IMG/VR virus record: IMGVR_UViG_3300042940_001591
Origin: a virus
Taxonomy: Duplodnaviria > Caudoviricetes
Length of the DNA stretch: 64,000 bases
Strand: one strand, 5' to 3'
Shown here: piece by piece, positions 1 to 10,278 of the stretch
Numbering within the stretch: position 1 is the first letter of the stretch
Layout of the letters: each line of letters opens with the position of its first letter
Program-made: the position numbers and the translations under genes
The notes under the pieces: model-generated
Told to the model about the DNA's origin: nothing
Databases searched by the model: none
What the model saw: only the letters and a program-made list of their open reading frames with translations

Positions 1-622
1 CTCTATTATAAACTAATAAAAACGCAACATTACCATCCGAAAATTCACTACCTCCTGGTCCATATGAACCTATTGAAAAATTATTTGGTCCCGCAGTACC
101 TCCGGAACCGCTCGCGTTTAAAATTCCATTTATGTAAAAATTATACGTCCCACCAATAACACCCGTACCCGCATATATTCTCCAATTGGTGTCAGAACCA
201 CCCGCACCAGAAGCTGTAATCCATCCTGCGGAGTAATAATTTGCAACACTATTATTCCAATGTCCTAACAACCAATTATTACTTAAACCTGAAACAATTC
301 TTTCTTTTGTTGCCGCATACCGTGAACCCGCAATAACCGTAAAATTTGATGCTGATAAATTTAATGTTGATGTTGTGAATCTACCATTTGTTGCGGTTGT
401 TACCATTGTACCACCGTTACTATTATTCCACGATGCATTCCCAACAAATGTCGCATTGTTTCCATTTCCCGTTAAATCATACCATGTGCTACCAGTACCA
501 TCATATGATGAACCATTACCAGCATCCAAAAAACATAATAATCCGTCGGTTACTAAACCTTTATAATTTAATAACCTTGCACCAAATGAATCTACAGTAT
601 TTGTACTTAAATCTAATGGCAT
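1..622 (-). CDS. LamG/concanavalin A-like virion protein (partial, runs off window start; absent from ORF track)
   Basis: Manual translation from ATG at 622: MPLDLSTNTVDSFGARLLNYKGLVTDGLLCFLDAGNGSSYDGTGSTWYDLTGNGNNATF...YNFYING...FSIG...VAFLLVYNR. No stop before position 1. LDAG...TWYDL.GNG and YING...YNR are typical of phage LamG-like domains. Confidence 0.8.
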   Translation of the reverse strand, partial: MPLDLSTNTVDSFGARLLNYKGLVTDGLLCFLDAGNGSSYDGTGSTWYDLTGNGNNATFVGNASWNNSNGGTMVTTATNGRFTTSTLNLSASNFTVIAGSRYAATKERIVSGLSNNWLLGHWNNSVANYYSAGWITASGAGGSDTNWRIYAGTGVIGGTYNFYINGILNASGSGGTAGPNNFSIGSYGPGGSEFSDGNVAFLLVYNR

Positions 623-623
623 T

Positions 624-872
624 TTAAATTAATTCTCGTGATATTGTCCATTCATCCGTTGATAAGATGTTCAACATTTCTTGTTGTGTATGTTCAATAC
701 TTTTTGTTAATAAATTTATTATTGAGTTTGGGATTTCTCCCTCATATTTTATAAATGTTTTTGTTCCATCAATTGATTTTCTTAAAGTTTCAGAAGATGT
801 TTCTCTAACCTCATTAAAATCAATTTTATTGATTTCATTACATTCAAAAATTACATATTTTAATTCATTCAT
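624..872 (-). CDS. hypothetical phage protein (82 aa)
   Basis: Tightly packed ORF between the fibre and LamG genes on the same strand; RKSIDGTKTFIKYEG motif. Confidence 0.7.
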   Translation of the reverse strand: MNELKYVIFECNEINKIDFNEVRETSSETLRKSIDGTKTFIKYEGEIPNSIINLLTKSIEHTQQEMLNILSTDEWTISRELI

Positions 873-875
873 ATA

Positions 876-3800
876 TTAAGACATTTTCGGTGTTGCGGTT
901 GTTGGGTCTTCTTCTTGTAAAACAAAAGAATAAACCTTATTATTTTTATTATTATATAAGTATAATTTTTCTTCACCTTCCACTATTGTGTAATCACCAA
1001 TACCATTTGATAATGATAAGTCCATAGTAAAAACAGTTTGCCATCTAAATGATGCGGTACCTAAATTTATTGAGTTATTTGTTTCAGGTCTAAATGCTCC
1101 TGTTGTTGAAACCACTCCATTAGCCTCACTATTTCCACTTGGTCTAAGATAAACAGAAGAACCCGTTGCACAAGAAATATATGTATCTGCATTCGCACTT
1201 ATAATCATATATTCTGCAGAACTTGCACCCATCGAACCGTGTCTTAAACCAAAATAACTATTTGGTGATACTGGATATGCATTACCACTCATTGTACCGG
1301 TTTGTCCTGAACTTGTTGTGAATCTTGTTGCGGATATTACCCCCGTATTTGAAATTGATGCAACATTACCAGATGTTGTTGCATTTCTAAAAATCCAACC
1401 TCTATCGGTTGTATCCATCACAAAATATGTATTGTAAGTACCTGTAATTGCACCGTGATTTCCATAACCTAAACCAGTGGTATTCTTAAACATTATCATA
1501 GATGAGGTAGCATTACCACTACTATATAATGTAAGAGAACCCGCTAATGTTGTTACATCATTGTTTGCATTCACATATAATGAACCATTTATAGTTCCTC
1601 CAGCAAATGTTGGTGCGTTTGCGGTACCTACGGCTTGTCCGATTGATACGGTTACCGAACCTGTTGTTGTGTCAACACCAACACCTGTTCCCGCATTAAC
1701 TGCGGTTACTTTAGCTGCGGTATATGTGGTGCCTATCGATGTACCATTCCAAGTACCGCTTGTAATCGTACCTACTGTGGTTATCGCTAATGCATTTACT
1801 CTTGCTAAAGTTTCATCACCAGTATTTGTTCCTGAAGATGTACCACTAAAATTTGTTGCACCAATTGTGCCAGTGACTGTAAGGTTACCACCACTAGTTA
1901 AAGATAATCTTCTTGCTGCATTCCATTGAATAACAAAATCAGCACCGGGAGCTGAGGCAGATCTAGTCATACCAAGTCTCCAATGATCATCATACCAACC
2001 GTACTCATGACCAGAAACTAAATCATTAGTTGTGTATGATGAAGGCATATAAGTCGTGATTTCCCTTCCTTCACTAGCCGTAACACTTATTGTTCCTGTA
2101 AACGTTTTTGTACCCGCAATACTTTGATCTCCAGTTGTATAAACACCATTTGTAACAGTACCAGCATTACCATCAATAGATACACCTGTTAAAGTTTGTG
2201 ATGCGCTTGCCCGACCTAATGATATGGATGTTGTTCCAACGTGGAACGATGAGTTTGTTAATTGTGCATTACCAATTCCGGTAACTTGTGCCGACCCACT
2301 AAAAACACCAACAGCATTTAATCTCGTTAATATACCTGAAGCATAATTGGTTGTTGCAGTTAAATCAATTTGAGATGAACCTGATACCGTTCCTGTACCT
2401 GATAATATTGTCGCCGCAGATATTGTACCACCTAACGATGTTGATGTTCCAGCTATTGTTATAGATGAATTTGCTAATTTAGTATTTGTTACAGACGCAT
2501 CCACTAATTGGGATGCATTAATTGTTTTATTTGTTAATGTTTGAGTTGCCGTTCTTAATACGATGTCGTCTTCTGAACCCAATGATCCCGCTATCCATTT
2601 ATCATTGGTACTATCCCAAAGAAATGAACCTGACACCGTATTTGGTGCGGTTGCATCTCTCACAACCAAACCTGCGTTTGTTGCACCTGTACCATTCAAT
2701 TGAATGATGTTATCTCCAATTGCTACCGTTGTTGAATTGACAATTGTTTGTGTCCCTGAAACAGTTAAATTACCTTTAACGGTAACGTCAGCACCACTCA
2801 TTCCAAATGCAGTATCGAACGATGATGTGAACGATTTAAACGAACCCGTTGAAGTATGAATTGCATTTATATTAGTTGTATTAGAACTTGTATATGAATT
2901 CAAACTACTTGTTGCAGTTTGTAATGTACCTATTATGGTATTGTTACTACCTGTGTATGTGTTAAGTGAACTTATTGACCCCGTAATTCCTTCGATACTT
3001 GTCAATCTACTATTTTGAGTTGTATTTGTCGAATCGTTAGAACCTGTGTAAGTATTAAAATCTGTACGTATTGAACCACTTGCAGTTTCCAAAGAAGTTA
3101 ATCTTCCTGACGCACTTGATGTGAATGTGTTTAAGGAACCTGTTGTTGTTTCAATAGAATCAATCCGATTTTTTAATCCGATTGTAGTTGTTGCAAAACT
3201 TGAGGATAAACTTCCTATGGAAGAACTTAATCCAGATGTTGTGATTGCCACAGAACCAGACAAACTTCCAATACTTGTGGATATACTTGAACTGAATGTT
3301 GAATATCCTGTTGTTCCTGTTATATCAATTTGTGATGAACCTGATGCAATACCTGATGGTTTTGATGCGATGTTATCCCAAGTTGTTTGGGTAATTGAAC
3401 CGCTCAACACATATCTATCATCATATGATGATGTCAATTGTGATGAACCAGATACAATACCTGATGGTATTCCTGTTAATCCTGAATATGTAATTTGTGA
3501 TGAACCTGATACTAATGATGTAACTGTTGATATGATACTACCTGTAATTGCAATACCATTACCGAATTGAACACTATTACCATCTGAAGAAACTATTTTA
3601 TTTCCCGCGTAAACTGTTGTTGTTCCTTTAAGTGCAATAACACCTGTTGTTGGGTCCATTATTACATCTCCCCCACCCGAAGTTGCAAGTGTAATGTTAC
3701 CATCCGCAGATTGTAATGTAATTGTATCCGAACTTGCTTCTAATATTTTAAATGACTGACCTGTGTCAGTTGTAATTTGTAATTCCTGAGCGGTGCTTCC

Positions 3801-6800
3801 TAATACCTTTGTTCCATCGATATATAATGATGCTGATGAAAGATATAAATCTCTAAATTGATGTGTAACACTACCTAAATCATATGCGTTATCAACTGCA
3901 GGTATAATTGAACCTGAAATTGTTTGATTGCCCTTAAATAAGTTAGATCCAGTTGTTGCATAACCTAATGTATTTAATTGTGTGGAACTACTAACAATAC
4001 CTGAAGGTATTCCTGTTAAACCACTATAAATAATTTGAGATGATCCAGATATTACACCATCAACATCCAATTTACTCTTAATTGTTGTATTAATTGAGGA
4101 GGTAAATGAATTTAATGACGAAATAGAACCGGTTATACCTTCAATTGAATCAACACGATTTTTTAAATCAAGTGTTGTTGTTGCAACACTAGAACTTAAT
4201 GAACCGATACTTGTAGATATTGAAGAACTTAAACTTCCTATAGAAGAACTTAATCCTGACGTGGTAGTTGCAACTGAGGAACTTAAAGAACCAATACTTG
4301 TAGATATACTAGAACTAAAGGTTGAATAACCTGTTGTTCCTGTTATATCAATTTGTGAACTACCTGAAACTAATGTGGGTACGTTAGTTAAATTATTAAA
4401 ATTAATAGATCCTGTTAATGAGCTTGCATTAACTTTTCCATCAACTAATACTGACCCCGTAAATAAATGATTATCGTCTGATGTATCACCAAATTTTGTA
4501 CTACCACTTTGATAAAGAACAGAAGATGTTACATAATCAGTATGAATTTCTTTAGCTGTAAGTATACCATCAATATAAACATCGGTGTTAACTCTAAAAC
4601 CATTGTTTGGTGATATTGATGCACTAACACTACCACTAACTATTTTATATAATTCTAAACCCGTAACACCACTTGCTGGAATGTTATAAAGATTTGTACC
4701 ATCTCCTTTGAAAGAACCAGTAAATGAACCTGTATTATAAGATGATGTAAATGAGTTAAAATTAGTCCGTATACTTCCACTTTCAGTTTCAAGTGAATCT
4801 AATCTACCATTTTGTGCGTTATTAATTGACGCAACACTTGAACTTAAACTTCCGATTGAACTAGATATTGAACTACTTAAATTATTTGTGGTTGTTGCAA
4901 CACTAGAACTTAAATAATCAATTGAACTTGATAGTGATGAACTTAAACTTGTTATTGTACTTGTTAATCCAGATGTTGTTATTGCAACTGATGAAGATAA
5001 TAAATCTATACTTGTAGATATACTTGAACTAAATGTTGAATATCCTGTCGTCCCTGTTAATAAAACTTGGATACTTCCAGATATAACACCATCACTATCT
5101 AATTTAGATTTTATTGTTGTATTAATAGAACTAGTAAAACTATTTAAACTTCCTGTACTAGTCTCAATATTATCTAACCTTGTATTTTGATTACTGTCTG
5201 TTGTAGCAATCGAAGAAGATAAACTTCCAATCGAACTTGATATCGAACTACTAAATGTAGAATATCCTGTTGTTCCTGTAATTAATATTTGTCCACTACC
5301 ACTTACAAGATTGGAACCTATGTAATCAATACTACCAGCACTTACCGAACCACTAATTATATGTCCACCTTTTGCAACATTAACATATCCGGCAACAGGT
5401 GTTGAGAAATATATTTTAATATTATTATTATCTATCGATTCTATTTTTTGTGGAAATATAATACTTCTATTTGTATCCCAAATAGTTACGATTGGATAAT
5501 CTGAACCTAAATTATGTGCTAGTGACCAAGTGGCGTTTGATGAAAAATATTGAGATAATCCGCCAGGTCCTGTACCCAACGATGCAATTACTTTACCTGT
5601 TTGATTACTTGGGAATGTGATTGTTGCATTGTCAATATCTATTGTTGTGATTTGTGATGGTAATATAACACTACCATTAGAATCAAAAACCTGAAATATT
5701 GGATATCTTTGACCTAAACTATGTTTAAATGTCCATGTTGTTGCTGGTGTTGTTTGATTTAATACCGCATATGCACCATCTGTAACTGAACTACCTCCTC
5801 CACCCGCACCGGCATTTAATGCAAATGCCGCAGTTAATGCATAAGAGGCACTTAACACATTCATTGAAGATGTTTGTGATGTTAACACAACACTTGATGT
5901 AAATGTATTAAGAGAATTAACCGAACCTGATAATGTTGTAATGGAACCTGTAATGGTATCCATTCTATTATTTAAAGATGATGATAATGTTGTTGTGCTA
6001 ATGTTTAATTCTTTAACATAACCATTACCATTTGTGTCCGTAATTGATGTTGTAATTTCAACACCACCAGTTGGTATAATTTCAAATGCGTCTGAACCTG
6101 TTGCACTTAATATTGGTGAACCCGAAACAAAAATATCTTTAAAATGGGAACCAATTGATACAAACGCAGTGCCTGGTACTGACTCACTAACATTTAAACC
6201 AGTACTATCATCAAATTGTAATTTTGTAAATTGTTTGTTATATGTGTTACCCTCAACATCTGAACCTGAAATTTGAAATGGAACATTTATTAATCCAAGT
6301 GCACTACCACTAAATGCAGATGCACTTACCGAACCTGATGATAGTATATTAAAACTAGTAAATATACCTCCATTTGGTACTACTAAGTTAGAAGATTCAA
6401 TTCTAACATTAGAACCACTTAAAGGTGCAATTCTATTAACACTTAATAAACCATCTATTATAACTGAACCTGTAATTTCAGTCTTAGTGTTAATTCTTAA
6501 TCCATCTGTTTGTGAAATTGATGCAGTTGCACTTCCATCCACAATTTTGTTTAATTCTAATCCAGTAACACCACTTGATGGTATATTATATAGTTGACTA
6601 CCGTCACCTTTAAATGATCCTGAAAAATTTGATGCTGTTACATTTCCTGTGATGAAAATTGAACCTGTATTAACCGTGTTCGTTGAGATTAACTCCTCAA
6701 CTGATGGTCCGAGAGAACCTGAAACCGCCATGTAAACCTTACCGTCGGTAGTGTTTAATGCTAATTCACCTAATTGTAGGTTTGAGTTTGTTGGTTTTTG

Positions 6801-6842
6801 ACCGGGTACACTACTCCTACGCAGTTTTACTATTTGTGCCAT
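876..6842 (-). CDS. long tail fibre protein (Mtd-N-type N-terminus, Ser-rich stalk repeats, C-terminal fibre/chaperone-like domain)
   Basis: N-terminus IVKLRRSSVPGQKP...LGELALNTTDGKVY is typical of phage fibre attachment domains. Two W..xHxLG..YP modules, repeated SGSSQ/TGTTGYSTFSSSIS units, and C-terminal LGTASFRWQTVFTMDLSLSN..GDYTIVEGEEKLYL. Confidence 0.85.
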   Translation of the reverse strand: MAQIVKLRRSSVPGQKPTNSNLQLGELALNTTDGKVYMAVSGSLGPSVEELISTNTVNTGSIFITGNVTASNFSGSFKGDGSQLYNIPSSGVTGLELNKIVDGSATASISQTDGLRINTKTEITGSVIIDGLLSVNRIAPLSGSNVRIESSNLVVPNGGIFTSFNILSSGSVSASAFSGSALGLINVPFQISGSDVEGNTYNKQFTKLQFDDSTGLNVSESVPGTAFVSIGSHFKDIFVSGSPILSATGSDAFEIIPTGGVEITTSITDTNGNGYVKELNISTTTLSSSLNNRMDTITGSITTLSGSVNSLNTFTSSVVLTSQTSSMNVLSASYALTAAFALNAGAGGGGSSVTDGAYAVLNQTTPATTWTFKHSLGQRYPIFQVFDSNGSVILPSQITTIDIDNATITFPSNQTGKVIASLGTGPGGLSQYFSSNATWSLAHNLGSDYPIVTIWDTNRSIIFPQKIESIDNNNIKIYFSTPVAGYVNVAKGGHIISGSVSAGSIDYIGSNLVSGSGQILITGTTGYSTFSSSISSSIGSLSSSIATTDSNQNTRLDNIETSTGSLNSFTSSINTTIKSKLDSDGVISGSIQVLLTGTTGYSTFSSSISTSIDLLSSSVAITTSGLTSTITSLSSSLSSSIDYLSSSVATTTNNLSSSISSSIGSLSSSVASINNAQNGRLDSLETESGSIRTNFNSFTSSYNTGSFTGSFKGDGTNLYNIPASGVTGLELYKIVSGSVSASISPNNGFRVNTDVYIDGILTAKEIHTDYVTSSVLYQSGSTKFGDTSDDNHLFTGSVLVDGKVNASSLTGSINFNNLTNVPTLVSGSSQIDITGTTGYSTFSSSISTSIGSLSSSVATTTSGLSSSIGSLSSSISTSIGSLSSSVATTTLDLKNRVDSIEGITGSISSLNSFTSSINTTIKSKLDVDGVISGSSQIIYSGLTGIPSGIVSSSTQLNTLGYATTGSNLFKGNQTISGSIIPAVDNAYDLGSVTHQFRDLYLSSASLYIDGTKVLGSTAQELQITTDTGQSFKILEASSDTITLQSADGNITLATSGGGDVIMDPTTGVIALKGTTTVYAGNKIVSSDGNSVQFGNGIAITGSIISTVTSLVSGSSQITYSGLTGIPSGIVSGSSQLTSSYDDRYVLSGSITQTTWDNIASKPSGIASGSSQIDITGTTGYSTFSSSISTSIGSLSGSVAITTSGLSSSIGSLSSSFATTTIGLKNRIDSIETTTGSLNTFTSSASGRLTSLETASGSIRTDFNTYTGSNDSTNTTQNSRLTSIEGITGSISSLNTYTGSNNTIIGTLQTATSSLNSYTSSNTTNINAIHTSTGSFKSFTSSFDTAFGMSGADVTVKGNLTVSGTQTIVNSTTVAIGDNIIQLNGTGATNAGLVVRDATAPNTVSGSFLWDSTNDKWIAGSLGSEDDIVLRTATQTLTNKTINASQLVDASVTNTKLANSSITIAGTSTSLGGTISAATILSGTGTVSGSSQIDLTATTNYASGILTRLNAVGVFSGSAQVTGIGNAQLTNSSFHVGTTSISLGRASASQTLTGVSIDGNAGTVTNGVYTTGDQSIAGTKTFTGTISVTASEGREITTYMPSSYTTNDLVSGHEYGWYDDHWRLGMTRSASAPGADFVIQWNAARRLSLTSGGNLTVTGTIGATNFSGTSSGTNTGDETLARVNALAITTVGTITSGTWNGTSIGTTYTAAKVTAVNAGTGVGVDTTTGSVTVSIGQAVGTANAPTFAGGTINGSLYVNANNDVTTLAGSLTLYSSGNATSSMIMFKNTTGLGYGNHGAITGTYNTYFVMDTTDRGWIFRNATTSGNVASISNTGVISATRFTTSSGQTGTMSGNAYPVSPNSYFGLRHGSMGASSAEYMIISANADTYISCATGSSVYLRPSGNSEANGVVSTTGAFRPETNNSINLGTASFRWQTVFTMDLSLSNGIGDYTIVEGEEKLYLYNNKNNKVYSFVLQEEDPTTATPKMS

Positions 6843-6867
6843 ATGTATGGTTCTCTCCTATGTGTTT

Positions 6868-6905
6868 GTGGTATATACCACGATTAATTATGACCTATAT
6901 AGGTC
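6868..6905. promoter_or_regulatory. two perfect 14-bp palindromes in fibre gene leader
   Basis: GTGGTATATACCAC (6868-6881) and GACCTATATAGGTC (6892-6905), lying between the TATTTATA motif and the start codon. Confidence 0.55.
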
Positions 6906-6910
6906 TTAAC

Positions 6911-6918
6911 TATAAATA
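6911..6918 (-). promoter_or_regulatory. putative late promoter motif TATTTATA
   Basis: The same motif recurs on the coding strand upstream of many structural genes (9207, 13653, 21340, 28309, 38864, 43772, 45159). Confidence 0.65.
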
Positions 6919-6942
6919 CACAAAAATTAGGATTAAATAAAT

Positions 6943-6972
6943 AAAAAAAGGAGGTTTTTTAGACCTCCTTTT
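6943..6972 (-). terminator. rho-independent terminator
   Basis: Minus strand AAAAGGAGGT-CTAAAAA-ACCTCCTTTTTTT just downstream of ORF 6995..9184. Confidence 0.8.
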
Positions 6973-6994
6973 ATTTTTATGTTTTTAAATTCTA

Positions 6995-9184
6995 TTAATA
7001 TGTACCTCCGTCGATTACGGTTGAGAATTTAAGTGCTCCGTCTGCGTTTTTGTATCCTAAAATTCCATCAAGAACATCTGTCGATTCCGTTGTTGAAACA
7101 TAACCTAATACGTTAGATGAATTTCTGAAAACAACTGCTGATGTTTTAGTTCCAGCATCCGCACCACCTCCAGCACTAACTGTTACATTACCTGCAATTA
7201 AAGTTGCTCCATCTGATGCGGTTACTTGGAATTTGTTAGTGTTGTAACTTAATGTTGTACCATTTTCTGTTAATAAACTATCACCAATCGTATTTGCTGA
7301 AGTTGCTTTTGGTATTGTACCACTTGTTAAACTAACTTCAGTACCCTGTGCTCCAAATGTTGTTCCAATAAATTTACTACCTGAACCATTTTGATCTGTT
7401 AATAACCAATAATCATTTTGTGAATCCCATAACATTGATGAAGAAACACCTGATGAACCTGAATCCATTACTTCAAAACCTGCATATCTCAAGAAAGGAG
7501 AATAAGCATTCATTCTAATAATGTTGTCATCAATTTCAACCGTTTGTGATTGGATTGTAACATTTGTAGATGAACCTAAAACTTCTAAGTTACCTGACAC
7601 ATATAAATTAGATTGTAATTGTGTATTTCCTGTTACAGTTAAAACACCATTTACAACCGCATTATCGTTAATTGTTGTTAGACCATCAATTGTTGTTGCT
7701 CCTGTTACATTTAAAGTACTTTTAAATGTTGCAGAACCTGTAACTGTTAGAGTTGAGTCTAAACTCGTAGCTCCAACTACCTCAAATGATCCAGTTACTT
7801 TACCATTTCCACCAACAAATAAGTTAGTGTTAACATATTCAGAACCAATTGTTGTTGTATCACCTGATACATTTACGTTGTTTTTAAATGTAGATGAACC
7901 TGTAACTGTTAAAGTTGAGTTAGCAGTAACCGCACCCTTTAATTCTGATGTTGATGTTACCGCCAAAGTACTATCTAATGTTGTTGCACCTTTAACGTTT
8001 AATGAACCTGAAGTTCCAACGTTACCACTTCCTTGTTGTACTGTAAAATTACCTTGTCCAACACTTAATTGTGTACCATCAAAAGTAAAGTTTGCATCAT
8101 CTTCCAATAAACCATTTGCACCAACAATAACAACCCTATTATTTGTTAATTGATCATTATATATTGAACCCGTTACCTTTACTGAACCTGTTAGAACGGT
8201 ATTACCATTAATGGTTGTTGGACCATATAAATCGATAGTTGCACCGTTATAGGTAACTAATTCAATATTGTTCCCACCATAATTTGCTGTAAGTGTTGAG
8301 TTTGAACCATTAGTAGTAAAGTCAGCATTTACAATTGTTGTACCACCTAATGTGGTTGCTCCTGTTACATTTAAATAACCCGGTAAATCTAAATTTGTTA
8401 ACTGAATTGAGTTTAGATTTAATTGATTAACATATGCGGTTCCACTAACATATAAATCTTTCCAATATTTTGATGTCGAACCTAAATCGAATGCGTTGTT
8501 TACATCTGGTAAGATTGAAGAACTAACATCCGCACCAAATGTAACTAAATCTGTTGTTTGGTCACCAATACTAATACTACCTTTTAAAACTATATTACCA
8601 TCAATTGTTGCGTTTCCTGTTAAATTTAAATTAGAACCTGAAATGTCTCCATCCACCACTACTTTTCCACCAACACTCATATCACTCGTTACTCTAACAT
8701 TTGATCCTGAAATTGTAGATCCTGTGATATTTGTAACATTTGCATTACTTCCTGTTAAAGATGTGATATTACCATTTGTACTTGTAAATGTTGTTCCTGT
8801 TAAATTAGAAAAATTACCATTACTTCCCGTTAAAGATGTAATTGTAACACCTGAAATTGTATTTCCTTCAATATTACCTGTTAGATTAATGGCACTATTA
8901 CCATCTTTATTTAAAATATATAAGGTTTTTGTATTTGTGGAATAGAACGGTAATCCATCCATTGTTGAACCATGAGATAGAACACTGATTGTCGGTGCGT
9001 CAGATCCTTGGTATATTTTTGATACTGGTTTATATCCACCAGCAATTGCTGTGTCACCAATGAATAGTACAGGAGCGTTTAAATCTCCTATAGAACCTGT
9101 TCCCATTACCAATTCACCAATGTTTGCAAAAACATCTTTTAGTGCTGATATCGAACCTCTTCTGTGTTTAATTATTTGTGCCAT
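6995..9184 (-). CDS. tail fibre-like virion protein with beta-repeat (bactofilin-like GxLxV) tracts
   Basis: N-terminus MAQIIKHRRGS...IGELVMGTG; many VTGSxTF/GNLxVxG repeats; C-terminal VIDGGTY typical of such fibres. Confidence 0.7.
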   Translation of the reverse strand: MAQIIKHRRGSISALKDVFANIGELVMGTGSIGDLNAPVLFIGDTAIAGGYKPVSKIYQGSDAPTISVLSHGSTMDGLPFYSTNTKTLYILNKDGNSAINLTGNIEGNTISGVTITSLTGSNGNFSNLTGTTFTSTNGNITSLTGSNANVTNITGSTISGSNVRVTSDMSVGGKVVVDGDISGSNLNLTGNATIDGNIVLKGSISIGDQTTDLVTFGADVSSSILPDVNNAFDLGSTSKYWKDLYVSGTAYVNQLNLNSIQLTNLDLPGYLNVTGATTLGGTTIVNADFTTNGSNSTLTANYGGNNIELVTYNGATIDLYGPTTINGNTVLTGSVKVTGSIYNDQLTNNRVVIVGANGLLEDDANFTFDGTQLSVGQGNFTVQQGSGNVGTSGSLNVKGATTLDSTLAVTSTSELKGAVTANSTLTVTGSSTFKNNVNVSGDTTTIGSEYVNTNLFVGGNGKVTGSFEVVGATSLDSTLTVTGSATFKSTLNVTGATTIDGLTTINDNAVVNGVLTVTGNTQLQSNLYVSGNLEVLGSSTNVTIQSQTVEIDDNIIRMNAYSPFLRYAGFEVMDSGSSGVSSSMLWDSQNDYWLLTDQNGSGSKFIGTTFGAQGTEVSLTSGTIPKATSANTIGDSLLTENGTTLSYNTNKFQVTASDGATLIAGNVTVSAGGGADAGTKTSAVVFRNSSNVLGYVSTTESTDVLDGILGYKNADGALKFSTVIDGGTY

Positions 9185-9226
9185 GTTTTGTCTTTACTTT
9201 GTTTTATATAAATACTTTATTTTTAA

Positions 9227-10264
9227 TTAGAAAAACCCATCTCCACAATCAATTACGGAATTATTTGACCTATCCGCCCATGTTCCAAGATTTTGTATCG
9301 TTAAAGAGGCCGCAACAACTTGTGAATTTATTTGATTTTGTACAATACTCATAGCACCAGAAACTACTAAAGATTCTATATTTGGGTCTAATTTTTGTAT
9401 TAATGTTGTTTTTCCTTCTACTGTAAGGTCTCCTTTAATTACAACCGAACCCGACATATTAAGAGAACCTGTAATATCAACAAGTGCATTGTCTTTAATA
9501 TATAGACCACTACCACTTGTAAGGTATACATTACTATTATTAGCAGTTATACTTGAACTAACAAATAAAGCAGGACCTGATGTTATCTTTAAAGAACCTG
9601 TAACTTGTAAATCATTTGTTGTTGCAAAAAATGAACCTGTCGGTTTAAAAATATCATAAACTGTAGAACCTCCTCCACCGACTTGTGAAGATAATGTTCT
9701 ACCAACATATTGATAAGCTGAAATTGTAACAACCTGACCCGCAGTGGGTGCAACTGCAGTTGATGTAAATTGTAAAACACCTGTTTTGTAATCAAATGCG
9801 TAGTTATTAACTGATTGTTGTGTACCGTTAACCAAAACTTTAACACCATAACCTGGTGTTGCATCTTCAGTATTTGAGTTAGCTAAAGATGATATTGAAT
9901 ATTTTGGTGAGATGAAATTTGTTTGTTGACTTGCATTGATTAAACTTGCTCCCACTCCTGATGTTGATCCTGTTGGTACTAAGAAAAACCAAACTTCATT
10001 GTTTGTATCAGACTTAGTCATCGTTTGTCTATAGTAATATTTCATTACTTGTTGACCATTACTAGAGTATATTGAACCGTCTTGACCAACACTATTGTAA
10101 GGTAATCCACTACTTGGGATTAAATCTTGGTCGATATAAATTTCATCAGCATTAATATCCAATACCGATGTAAACGCCTCTTGAGCATCGGTAAAAGTAT
10201 CGTGTGTATACCTTCTACTTTGGAGGAACCTACCTGATTTTTTTGTACTATCTATTGCTGCCAT
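9227..10264 (-). CDS. putative virion structural protein
   Basis: 345 aa in the fibre cluster; YAFDYKTGVLQF...ISAYQYVG; shares DI(F/W)xPTGSF(F/Y)AT with the neighbouring ORF. Confidence 0.65.
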   Translation of the reverse strand: MAAIDSTKKSGRFLQSRRYTHDTFTDAQEAFTSVLDINADEIYIDQDLIPSSGLPYNSVGQDGSIYSSNGQQVMKYYYRQTMTKSDTNNEVWFFLVPTGSTSGVGASLINASQQTNFISPKYSISSLANSNTEDATPGYGVKVLVNGTQQSVNNYAFDYKTGVLQFTSTAVAPTAGQVVTISAYQYVGRTLSSQVGGGGSTVYDIFKPTGSFFATTNDLQVTGSLKITSGPALFVSSSITANNSNVYLTSGSGLYIKDNALVDITGSLNMSGSVVIKGDLTVEGKTTLIQKLDPNIESLVVSGAMSIVQNQINSQVVAASLTIQNLGTWADRSNNSVIDCGDGFF

Positions 10265-10278
10265 CTACTATATAATTA

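Noticed and set aside
6700-6842. Diversity-generating retroelement suggested by the Mtd-N-type domain
   Set aside because: Only the N-terminal attachment domain is similar; no reverse transcriptase and no adenine-mismatch TR/VR pair was noticed in this window.
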